Source of the DNA: Octopus sinensis
Taxonomy: Eukaryota
Length of the DNA stretch: 27,634 nt
Assembly (NCBI RefSeq): GCF_006345805.1
Contig: NW_021833365.1
Coordinates: forward strand, 1-27,634
Direction: 5' to 3'
Under the pieces are notes generated by a model that was not told the DNA's origin, did no database searches, and saw only the letters and a list, made by a program, of their open reading frames with translations. Below, in pieces: positions 1 to 9,555 of this stretch; position 1 is the stretch's first letter; every line of letters begins with the position of its first letter. The translations under genes and the position numbers were made by a program.

Positions 1-246
1 TATGCGCACATGCACAAACATGAGGACATTCTCATAATCACACACTTGCACACGCACGCACGCACGTACACATAAAGCAGAACCACTTGGCTTCGTTTCC
101 ATTCTTCTAGTCTATCAGTGCCACTCACTCTTACATCAGGCTAATTGCTTGTAATCTCTGATCTCCGAATTTCCTTAATCCAGACTTCAAATCGAGACGT
201 GCTTCTTTCCCCTTCTATCTTTTCCTCTTCTCTCTCTCCTTTTCAT

Positions 247-277
<31 letters not shown>

Positions 278-318
278 CAGTCTCTCGGTATATGGAACTT
301 CCTATTTCTCTGTCTCTG

Positions 319-352
<34 letters not shown>

Positions 353-680
353 TTATCTTCTACTTCACTCCACTCCTCCTTTCCTATACTTTCTTCCTCT
401 CATCTCCCCCTTCTCCCCCCCTCAAATTCTACTTCTCAATTCTCTATAGTGGTATATGCGAAAGTGTCTGGCCTTGTGTGTGTGTGTGTGTGTGTGTGTG
501 GCGTATTTCTTTCTCTGCGAGCTTTAGCTATCATTTCCAAAGTTCAGCTGGAATTAAAGATTCTCCAATGTTTATCTCTGATAGACAGGCGGGCGGACGA
601 AAAGATACGTGGTGGTGGTGATAGCGGTGGTTGTGGTGTGGGGTGGTGGTGGTGGTGGTGGTGGTGTTGGCGATGGTAGC
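247..680. repeat. Compound microsatellite block: (CA)n, (CT)n, (GT)n, (GGT)n
   Basis: Read directly: (CA)n 247-274, degenerate (CT)n about 305-420, (GT)n 476-499, (GGT)n about 610-680. This explains the low-complexity ORFs 145..621, 449..679 and 544..900. Confidence 0.95.
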
Positions 681-2355
681 GGCGAGAGCGTTGGTAGAAG
701 CGAAGCTGTACGTAGATATACGGATAGATAAGTCGAAGAAACAGAAGGAAAGATGGATGGATAAATGGCTGACTGACTGGATTGCTAGACGGTTGGATGG
801 TTAGCTGGATAGAGGGGATGGTTTGGTGGTTGTGGGGGTGGGCGTAGATGGATGGGTACATTTGAACAGATCGATAGATATTTTGGCAAAATGTATGCAT
901 GTAGGTATATGTCTATACACACACGCATGCATATATAGTCATATATATACATACGCTCACACACACAAATATATGCAAGCATTTGTTCGTAAAATAAGAC
1001 TTGCAAATGGAAAGTAAGGAATTCAAGCATTTAACAATGAATAAGTCACTAAATTAGATATATATCCATACATATACGCATACATGTACATGTGTATGTT
1101 TATGTGTCTGCGCGAGCACGTGCCTGCGTGTGTATGTGTGCGTTTGCTTGTGTGCTGATGTTATTCTCTGTTGTTACTGAGGTTTCCGCGAATCTTTGCT
1201 GAATACTCATTAGATAAAATAGAAAAATATATAAATGAATTAATATAGTCCGTTAAAATAATACATCGTAATACAGTTCCATTCTCATTTTACGCCAAAG
1301 AACCAGGAAACGAAACACTGGACCTATTCTAAAAAAAAGTATCCGTAATACAGATGGGATATTCCGCATTGCATTATGGGTTTGAAATGCTGTACTGAGT
1401 AAAACCCATTATATTTGCACATTGTTATATGTGAATTATTTCTATTAAATAGTTAGAAATAGAGAGGCTGATAGCCTGACAAGCATAATATAAGAACAAA
1501 ATCTGGGAGGAAATTTAGAGGTTATAATAGAAATGGTTATGGGAGATCGGTGAGGTGAAAATTGTCAACGAGTATATCTGTCATAGATCACAGTTCGGCC
1601 AGGTATGTTTCTTAGAATAGAAGGCTGAAACTGAGAAAGCATTGAGGACTCAGCGGTTTCCAACATGCATACATATAACTGAGTGTAGCATTTTGTGAGA
1701 CGTGGCGATTTATTTCTATATGTGTGTAAGTGAAAGTGTGAGTGCATGCGAGTGTGCATGTTGCATGGTGTTCGTATGTATGTATGGATGTTTGTATGGC
1801 GTGTGTGTGTGTGTGTTGTGTGTGTGTGTGTTGTAAACAACATGTAAATGCTAGCTTTTCCTGCTTAAAACAAAAAATTACTCAAAACACTCGCTTGGAG
1901 CATTGGTGCTGTTTTTGGAATCTCCCTCCTCTGTCTTCATGTATCTACAAACACGCGCACACACACATATACACACATATACACACATACATACACGTGC
2001 ACACACATACTCTACTTTCTGGGCATTTTCCTTTTTCACCATATCTTCCCCCTCCCCTACACATTGCGTGTTTTCGTTTGCATTTTTTGAATATGCAAGT
2101 TCTATATACATATCTTTGTTATAGTTGGGATGTATCTTTCATTCATAGAGAGATACTTTGAAAGCCCTCAAGTTAAATATATAACTAGCAAGTAAACAGA
2201 CAGGTTCCTAACTATATAGTGGGTGGTGATTTCACACTCATGTGCCATGCAATTGAGCAAATAAAACAGAAATAAAAGAACTAGGATCACACATATAGTG
2301 AGTTACGAAGAGACAACATTGTACTTCTTTGTCTACCATGTATTACGATGTAGTT

Positions 2356-2555
2356 ACCGTGTGACCGAATGGTTAGGGCGTTGGCCTTGCAGCTTCGAGA
2401 TCCCGTTTTCGAATCCGCAGCATGACATATGAAAATATAGCTTTTTCTACAGCTCCCGATCGATTTATAGAGGGTGGGGCACGCTTAAGTAGCCCGGATT
2501 CCGTAGCCTAATTGACTATCACCGTTCTCCAAAATCGCTGGCTTTGCGCCGGCTT
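2356..2555 (+). mobile_element. Diverged tRNA-headed SINE with a family B2-like 3' part
   Basis: A-box-like TGACCGAATGGTTAGGGCG and B-box-like TTCGAATCC. The end (aattgactatcaccgttctccaaaatcgctggctttgcgcc) resembles the tail of the copy at 25828-25977 (aatcgacatgctccctctcccaaaattcaggccttgtacc). Confidence 0.55.
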
Positions 2556-2563
2556 TGTGCAAT

Positions 2564-2650
2564 TGCGTGGCACCTTGGGCAAGTGTCTTCTTCTGACCTC
2601 GGGTTGACCAAAGCCTTGTGACCTTGTTAGTGGATTTGGTAGACAGAAAC
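2564..2650 (+). mobile_element. SINE family A, internal fragment without head
   Basis: tgcgtggcaccttgggcaagtgtcttct...gaccaaagccttgtga...gtggatttggtagacagaaac matches the reverse complement of the family A copies at 4648, 7461, 21058 and 26907. Confidence 0.85.
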
Positions 2651-2767
2651 GATCTTTGTGGTTTTCGTCACTATTTACAGTTTTGTTCCAATTATTTTCA
2701 AATTTGGTATATGGGTAAAGTCTTGTATACTAATTATGAAAATAAAATTCATAGTAACCAAAGATGC

Positions 2768-2779
2768 TGCGCATGCGCA
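2768..2779. promoter_or_regulatory. Perfect NRF1/EWG-type palindromic motif TGCGCATGCGCA
   Basis: Exact match to the YGCGCAYGCGCR consensus. It may arise by chance in DNA rich in alternating purine-pyrimidine runs. Confidence 0.15.
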
Positions 2780-2954
2780 CATGGAGGAGAAGGAGATACG
2801 AGAAAGATGATCTACTATAGTAATACTCTTGTGTTTTTCTCGGTCACAACATCATGAATGAGAAAGGAAGGGGTAGTAGATGAATAAGGAAAGAAAGGGC
2901 GATGGCAAACTGTTAGTGGGGTGTTTCAACTCTATGTGAGTATATGTGAGATAT

Positions 2955-2955
<1 letters not shown>

Positions 2956-2991
<36 letters not shown>

Positions 2992-2996
2992 TAGAC

Positions 2997-3063
<67 letters not shown>
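2956..3063. repeat. (GACA)n-(GATA)n compound tetranucleotide microsatellite
   Basis: Read directly. Source of the IYLS-repeat ORF 2932..3117. Confidence 0.97.
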
Positions 3064-3617
3064 CGTCAGTTTTACTAGTGTTGTTGATATAATTGTATTT
3101 CGACCCGGGAGGTCCATCTTTGTTGCTGTTGGTTTCCTATTATCATTAATTCTACCACCGGGGTCAGAATAATACGTTATTCGGAATGTAAATCTGCGTA
3201 CGTTGAATACGTCTGCTTGAATATGTGTTTGTGTGTGTGTGTGAGTGTTTGTGTGTATGAGTTCGTATGTGTTAAGGGCTTTGGAAAATACAGCTTTCCT
3301 TTGTTAAGTCTGTATTTTTAAAGCTGAGCCTCTTCATATTGTACCCTTTGTTTTTTGTTTTTTTTTTATCAGTGCGTATGTATGTGTATGTTGATATTAT
3401 ACTTTGGGCTTATGATGCCTGCTAACATTTGTGACACTCGCTTACACACATATATACATGTATAGGTACGTACACAAAGGTAAAGCATTGTTATATGCAT
3501 TGTACGTGTGTGTGTGTGTGTATGTTTGTTTGTTTGTGTGTGTGCGTGTGTGTGTGGTTTGTGTGTGTGTGTGTGTAGTAATCAGAGGATCCTAGCTTGT
3601 TCTTATTTTCTGTTAGA

Positions 3618-3775
3618 TTAGGCGCGTCGGTAAAAATTTTCCCTACAGCATTTCTTCCTGCTATTTGTAATCCCGAGTTCAAATCTTGCCGAAGTCAACT
3701 TTGCCCTTCATTCATCAGGTGCTGATAAAATAAAGTACTTATAAATTTATTGGAGCAATTTAGTCGACTAATCCT
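3618..3775 (+). mobile_element. Diverged SINE family B copy
   Basis: gagttcaaatcttgccgaagtcaactttgcccttcattc...gataaaataaagtac aligns by eye to gagttcaatttccgccgaggtcgactttgcctttcatcc...aaataagtac of the 8455 copy. Confidence 0.65.
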
Positions 3776-4647
3776 TTTCTTTAAAATGTCTAGCCACGGG
3801 CTCAGAGCAATGCATATGGAGTAACTTTACATTAAGGAGTGGAGCATACAATTTCCTGTAATTCCCGTAATTCAGACTGTCCCATGATCCTAGCAGACAA
3901 AATGGAATAGGCGTGACCAACCCGCTTCCTGTTTGTTTTTTTTGCCTTTTGACGAAATCTAGCTAAGAGTACATTATCCAGTGTAGGCCTTTCTGTATTT
4001 AAGGCTTTTCTTGTTTAAAATTTATTCTAAAATATTCTTTAAGGGGATATGGCTATTATTTCTAGCAAGTCAATCTGACAGTTTTCTTTCAATTTTTTTT
4101 TTCTTTCCCTAAAATCTGCTTAATCAGGTAGAATTTAGTGCCAGTATATTTCTTTACAGGGTATTTGAGATTTGTGAGAAGAGAGAAAGATATCCTCAGA
4201 CCAGTAATCCGGGTAACAAAGGGACAAATGAAATCTATTACTCGAGATTAACAAGAGCAACCCCTGAATAACTGATTGGGACTATATGTGAAAAGCTGCA
4301 TGATGTTGTTGTCATTGTTGATGATAAGCCCCAAGATATTTTATACAATGTTTTGAGTCGTTTCTTTTCTTTGTTTCTTTACATAAAAAGTACAGCAAAA
4401 ACTATATTTATTCTGAGGTGAAGTGAACTCCCCGAAGCTTTCAGGAGAAGCTCTTAAGGGCATCACTGCGTCAGTGAAGATCCTTCTTTCAAACTGTTGC
4501 AATTCATTCACTTACATCGTTTCGGAATTCTATTTGTTCATATTTAATCAAATACCAATACCAGCAAACACACGCGCGCGCAATACACACATACACACTC
4601 GTAAACGATCGTACGTACTCTCTCACTACGAATAATTTTCCGCTATT

Positions 4648-5032
4648 CTCTTTTACTCTTTTACTTGTTTCAGTCATTTGACTGCGGCCATGCTGGAGCA
4701 CCGCCTTTAGTCTAGCAAATCGACCCCGGGACTTATTCTTTGTAAACCCAGTACTTATTCTATCGGTCTCTTTTGCCGAACCGCTAAGTGACAGGGACGT
4801 AAACACACCAGCATCGGTTGTCAAGCAATGCTAGGGAGACAAACATACACATACATATATACATATATACGACAGGCTTCTTTCAGTTTCCGTCTACCAA
4901 ATCCACTCACAAGGCATTGGTCGGCCCGGGGCTATAGCAGAAGACACTTGCCCAAGATGCCACGCAGTGGGACTGAACCCGGAACCATGTGGTTGGTAAG
5001 CAAGCTACCTACCACACAGCCACTCCTGCGCC
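4648..5032 (-). mobile_element. Full-length SINE family A (tRNA head, CORE-like segment, internal microsatellite, 3' tail ending in GAGTAAAA repeats)
   Basis: On the minus strand: head ggcgcaggagtggctgtgtggt...ccgggttcagtccc, then CORE/MIR-like cttgggcaagtgtctt, an internal (TA/TG)n, and tail ...ggcggtgctccagcatggccgcagtcaaatgactgaaacaagtaaaagagtaaaagag. Near-identical to the copies at 21058 and 26907. Confidence 0.93.
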
Positions 5033-5184
5033 TATATGAGACTTTTCACGCAACAAGAATGATAGCCTGGAGGAGGAGGATTTCGCATAACGAGAAAGTG
5101 AGTACGAAGGGTGTAATATTTTAAGATTAAAACTATTACATACAGAAACAGAGAGACGCGCGCGCGAATATGTGTGTGTCAGCC

Positions 5185-5455
5185 CAAGTCCTCATTTTTT
5201 ATAAAAGCCTGGTATTCATTCTAATGAACACTTATGTCGAACTGCTTGGTTACATGGCCGTAAACATACCAACACCTGTTGAAAAGCGGCAACAGAGAGA
5301 CAAACACAGACACAATGACACCCATATATATTCTTATCAGTTTCGCCAACCGAATAGGCTCACAAGCTAAAGCAGAGGACACTTGCCCAAGGTACCATGC
5401 GGTAGAACTGAACGCAGAACCGTGAGGTTGAGAAGTCTACTTCTTACACGCAGAC
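5185..5455 (-). mobile_element. Older, diverged SINE family A copy
   Basis: Degenerate matches to the neighbouring copy: gtcgaactgcttggttacatggccgtaaacatacc, gaggacacttgcccaaggtaccatgcggtagaactgaac. Confidence 0.75.
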
Positions 5456-5458
5456 ACG

Positions 5459-5512
<54 letters not shown>
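5459..5512. repeat. (TA)n microsatellite
   Basis: Read directly. Confidence 0.97.
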
Positions 5513-5513
<1 letters not shown>

Positions 5514-5721
5514 CATATTATATAAAATCCGTTCTGTCTGTCTGTCTGTGTGTCTTCTAGGAACTCGGGCATCCTCCACTCGATTGCGCTCAAATATGAT
5601 ATGTAGATACCGACGGTATTAGGACGTGTATAAGTCTTGAAAAAATTACAAAAATCATTCCAGAGGAGAATGCAATCGATAAAGCCGTGGGAACGTGCAT
5701 TTGTACGTGCAAGTATATCAG
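5513..5721 (+). mobile_element. Short non-autonomous Helitron with a degenerate 3' end
   Basis: Starts A|TCATATTATATAAAATCCGTT(CTGT)n. Ends with the 16-nt hairpin ACGTGCATTTGTACGT (5693-5708), a 9-nt spacer, then TCAG|T where the canonical end is CTAG|T. Confidence 0.55.
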
Positions 5722-7189
5722 TCGAAATCCGTCTTTTGATGGTGTCTCAAATTTAGGTTAAATCAGTGTTTCTCAAAGGGGAGGCCTATGGGACGGTCGG
5801 ACAAGTTGTTTTGAGAAAATTTGGTTTAAATGTTTGACAACTCAGCACCGTCCATTCGATGGGGGAGGGGCGTTTTGCTCGTGTATATAAGCTGAAACTT
5901 AAAGGAGAAAAAAATATATATAAATAAATTAATAGATTCGATGGATAGAGGGCTGAAAATGTTTGTATGACAAAGGGCTATGAATGTTTCTGAGTATGTA
6001 TGTGAATGTGTGTGTGTGTGTGCTTGTGTTTGTGTGTAAATGAGAGAGGGATACTATTTGGGTTACTATCTGTCTGCCTCTCTGTTCCTTCTCCTTTTCT
6101 TCCTTTTTTTATTTTTATTTCTTTATTTTTTTTTTTTGTTCTTTTCTTCCCTTTTACGATACCTCTCGATCGAAAACCTACGCCAGCCCTTTTTTTTTGT
6201 TTCTTTTGTTTTTTGTTTTTTTCATCCCCCAAAAGAAAAAGCTCTACCTTGTAACTTGTCCCATCTGTGTGCAGCCCTGTGTGGCCAATAAAGAAACTTA
6301 TATATGGATATATGTGTATGTATACGTGCTTGTTTTTATTCTCTGTAGTCCAATCCTCACACACACACAAAGAATATATGTACGATTGGATTTCTTAGCG
6401 AATATTTAGTTTTGTCTACGAACATATGTATTCCTGCATATTCGCATAAAGTGTATGAGCTGTACATATTCATTTGTCTTTCTCCTCTTCAGCACACATA
6501 TATACACACACACGCGTGTGTGTGTAATGTGTAAGATACTACTTTTTGTGAGGATATGAGAAAAACAGACCTCCCCTCTTCTGTTTCCTTTTTATTATTT
6601 TTTTTTTTCTGTCGGTCGAGCTATTAACAAAACTGGACAGGCTTGAGTGAATATAGCAGCCATTGAATTCTCTCCCCTGCTGGGAAATATGGCATGTCTA
6701 CGTTAGGTGTCAAATCCGGCAACAGCCACTTCATTGTCAAGATGTTGTAGTTCTAAGTATGTGTGTATGGATGTGTGTGGGCGTGTAGGTGTGGAGAGGT
6801 TTGTTTGGGTGGTGATGGTGGTGGTGATGGTGGTGGTGGTGGTGGTAGTGGTGGAGATGGCGGGTATGTTGGTGACAGATAATAGGTGGATTTGAAATCA
6901 CGGGTGTCAGAAGTACTCACTACGTAGGTAGATGAAATGAAGGGTTGTGTGAGTGGAAAACGGGGAGGTTTAAGGAACGAAAGTCAGGGTGAAGAGAATG
7001 TCATTTAACCGGGAGAAGGAAGAGGAGAGAGATGGTCAGTGTACGATGGGGACTTAGACGGAAGGATGAGTAAGACAAAGCATGTTTCGATGTATAGATG
7101 GTTAGGTGCACGAATGAGTACTTGGTTGGCTGACTTGTCGGACGGTTGGGTAGATGGATGCGTAAGTATAACAATGGATGGTAAATAGA

Positions 7190-7252
7190 CGGTTGGAGGG
7201 ATGGATACACGGATAGATATGGACCAGTACAGCTTGGTTGTTTGGATGGATG

Positions 7253-7326
<74 letters not shown>

Positions 7327-7350
7327 CTGATTGATTAATTGATTGATTGA
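7190..7350. repeat. (GGAT)/(GATA)n/(GATT) microsatellite block
   Basis: Read directly; pure (GATA)n about 7253-7325. Source of ORF 7001..7414. Confidence 0.95.
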
Positions 7351-7460
7351 TCAATTGATTGACATACGAGTACCACCATAATAAATATATAAAAACCGTG
7401 ATATATGGATGCATGCATCAATTAATGGATTGATGACTACATAAGTGTATATGGATATTC

Positions 7461-7667
7461 ACTCTTTACTCTTTTACTCTTTTACTTGTTTCAATCATTT
7501 GCCTGCAGCCATGCTGGAGCACCGCCTTTTTTAATCAAGCAAATCGACTCAGGACTTATTCTTTGTAAGCCTAGTACATATTCTATCAAGTCTCTTTTGC
7601 CGAACCGCTAAGTTACGGGGACGTAAACACACCAGCAACGGTTATTAAGCGATGTTGGTGGGACACA

Positions 7668-7705
<38 letters not shown>

Positions 7706-7818
7706 TATAGATATATACGACGGGCTTCTTTCAGTTTCCGTCTACCAAATCAATCTACTCACAAGGCTTTGGTCGGCCCGAGGCTATAGTAGAAGACACT
7801 TGCCCAAGGTGCCACGCA
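7461..7818 (-). mobile_element. SINE family A, 5'-truncated (tRNA head missing)
   Basis: Tail repeats (actctttt)n at 7461, same body as the 4648 copy, internal (CA)n; homology stops at gtgccacgca (7818). Confidence 0.92.
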
Positions 7819-8195
7819 ATACAAGTATGAATGTAGAATGCCTTTGACCCATTGAGTGAACCAGTTAGTTCGTTCCAGTTCCTCTACGGCGTTTTCGTCT
7901 CTGTTGTCTTTCTTCCATTCATCATTCATGCTGTTTTCAGCTCAACATCAGGGATCATGCTAACCTCTAAGTCCTTTCCCAGGATGTCTCTCCTCCAGAA
8001 CATTCTAGAACATTAGCTATCAACCATTTTTTTTTTTACTTGTTGACCCCTATGAATCAACAATTTGATGTCTAAAAGCTCCTGTTATATTTTTATGATT
8101 CAACATCAATAGAAATACTTTTGAAAAATGTTTAAATATTTTGTGTATCGTAAAAATATAAGCAGTTTATTGCACATAAATTTCATCAAAATCTT

Positions 8196-8281
8196 ATATG
8201 GATCCCCACCGGCCATATGGATCCCCACCGGCCATATGGGCCCCACCGACAATATGGATCTCACCCCCACCAACACCGGCC
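8196..8281. repeat. GC-rich minisatellite, 19-bp unit ATATGGATCCCCACCGGCC (2 exact and 2 degenerate copies)
   Basis: Units at 8196-8214 and 8215-8233 are identical; variants at 8234-8251 and 8252-8281. Confidence 0.9.
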
Positions 8282-8454
8282 ATACAGAATCCGGCTGTAA
8301 CATAATCGGTACGCCATCGATAGCATGTGCGTAACGAAGCTATGGGCACTGCTCCATCTTCCAGAGCTTCAAGTGAAGACAGAAATAGGAGGAGAAAAGT
8401 GTATGAAAGAAAAGTAGGAATCACAGATAGCCATTAGATTAGGTGGTATCAGTT

Positions 8455-8746
8455 TGAGCTGGCAGAAACGTTAGCACACCGGGCGAAATGCTTAGCGGTA
8501 TTTCGTCCGTCTAAGGGCGGTGAGCTGGCAGAAACGTTAGCACGCCGGGCGAAATGCGTAGCCGTATTTCGTCTGCCGTTACGTTCTGAGTTCAATTTCC
8601 GCCGAGGTCGACTTTGCCTTTCATCCTTTCGGGGTCTATTAAATAAGTACCAGTTACGCACTGGGGTCGATGTAATCGACTTAATCCGTTTGTCTGTCCT
8701 TGTTTGTCCCCTCTATGTTTAGCCCCTTGTGGGCAGTATAGAAATA
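8455..8746 (+). mobile_element. SINE family B1 with duplicated 5' head and 10-bp TSD
   Basis: gagctggcagaaacgttagcac(a/g)ccgggcgaaatgc occurs twice (8456 and 8522). B-box-like GAGTTCAATT. Flanked by the direct repeat GGTATCAGTT at 8445-8454 and 8747-8756. Confidence 0.92.
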
Positions 8747-9066
8747 GGTATCAGTTGAAGGGGAGACTGGTTTAAAAAGTGGGTGGGGGAGAAGAAATGA
8801 GAAAGACAAGAAGGGAGAATAGGAAGAAGAGAGGTAGGAAGAAATTGGTGTTAGTTATTAAGAGGGCTGACCGGTTAAAAAATGTTTTGGGACCAGGACT
8901 AACTGACCCTCCCACATGTCCTTAATCTGCCAACACTGCTACAATACAAAAGCGCAAACAACAACAACAGCAATAAAATAACAATAGTAATAATAATAAT
9001 AATAATAACACGAAAATTTTAAAAGAAAAATAAGAACAAAATACTATGAAACAAGTGTCAAGGCAA

Positions 9067-9100
9067 CCTCCTCCTCCTCCTCCTCCTCCTCCTCCTCCTC

Positions 9101-9134
<34 letters not shown>

Positions 9135-9265
9135 CACCACCACCACCAATACTACTACTACTACCACTACTACTACTTCCTCCACAACTCCCACCAATGC
9201 AACCTACCACCCACTGTGTGTGTGTCTGTGTACATATACATATATATATATACACATAAATAAGT

Positions 9266-9330
<65 letters not shown>
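9067..9330. repeat. Compound (CCT)n(ACT)n(ACC)n tract followed by (TA), (GATA)n and (GA)n
   Basis: Read directly. Explains the poly-P/T, poly-G/V and poly-S/R ORFs. Confidence 0.95.
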
Positions 9331-9449
9331 CACACAGACAAGCAGAGATTGACAGATATAACCGAAAATTATTTACCTAAATTCTTTCATAGGTCCCTGA
9401 AAATATACGAATATACGGCATAGGAAAAAGGTACGCATCTCTTAATAGC

Positions 9450-9555
9450 TTTTATTCTATCGAACGTAGGATGGTTGAATAGAATTTTCAATCCGGGTGG
9501 CTTTGAACTGCACAACGTAAAGAGGCGTAACTGAACGTAGCAACACCTTTCTTCT
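9450..9555 (-). mobile_element. Highly diverged family B-like SINE fragment
   Basis: Minus strand ggtgttgctacgttcagttacgcctctttacgttgtgcagttcaaagccacccgg resembles ggtatttcgtc...tttacgttctgagttcaa..ccgccg of family B. Confidence 0.4.

Noticed and set aside
610-680. G-quadruplex-prone (GGT)n tracts (also about 6810-6860 and 22800-22845)
   Set aside because: Mostly two-G runs within ordinary microsatellites; nothing indicates function.
1531-1602. 72-nt open segment KWLWEIGEVKIVNEYICHRSQFGQ ending CAG|GTATGT
   Set aside because: Good donor, but the acceptor has no pyrimidine tract and the peptide is unrecognised; expected by chance in 27 kb.
4160-4212. Possible exon after atatttctttacag|
   Set aside because: Weak donor (GTAACA), unrecognised peptide, and surrounded by old repeat debris.
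4828-5124. Recurrent peptide RQASFSFRLPNPLTR...SGTEPGTMWLVSKL (also 21249..21545 and 27229..27486) suggesting a gene family
   Set aside because: It is the antisense reading of SINE family A; the recurrence reflects SINE copies.
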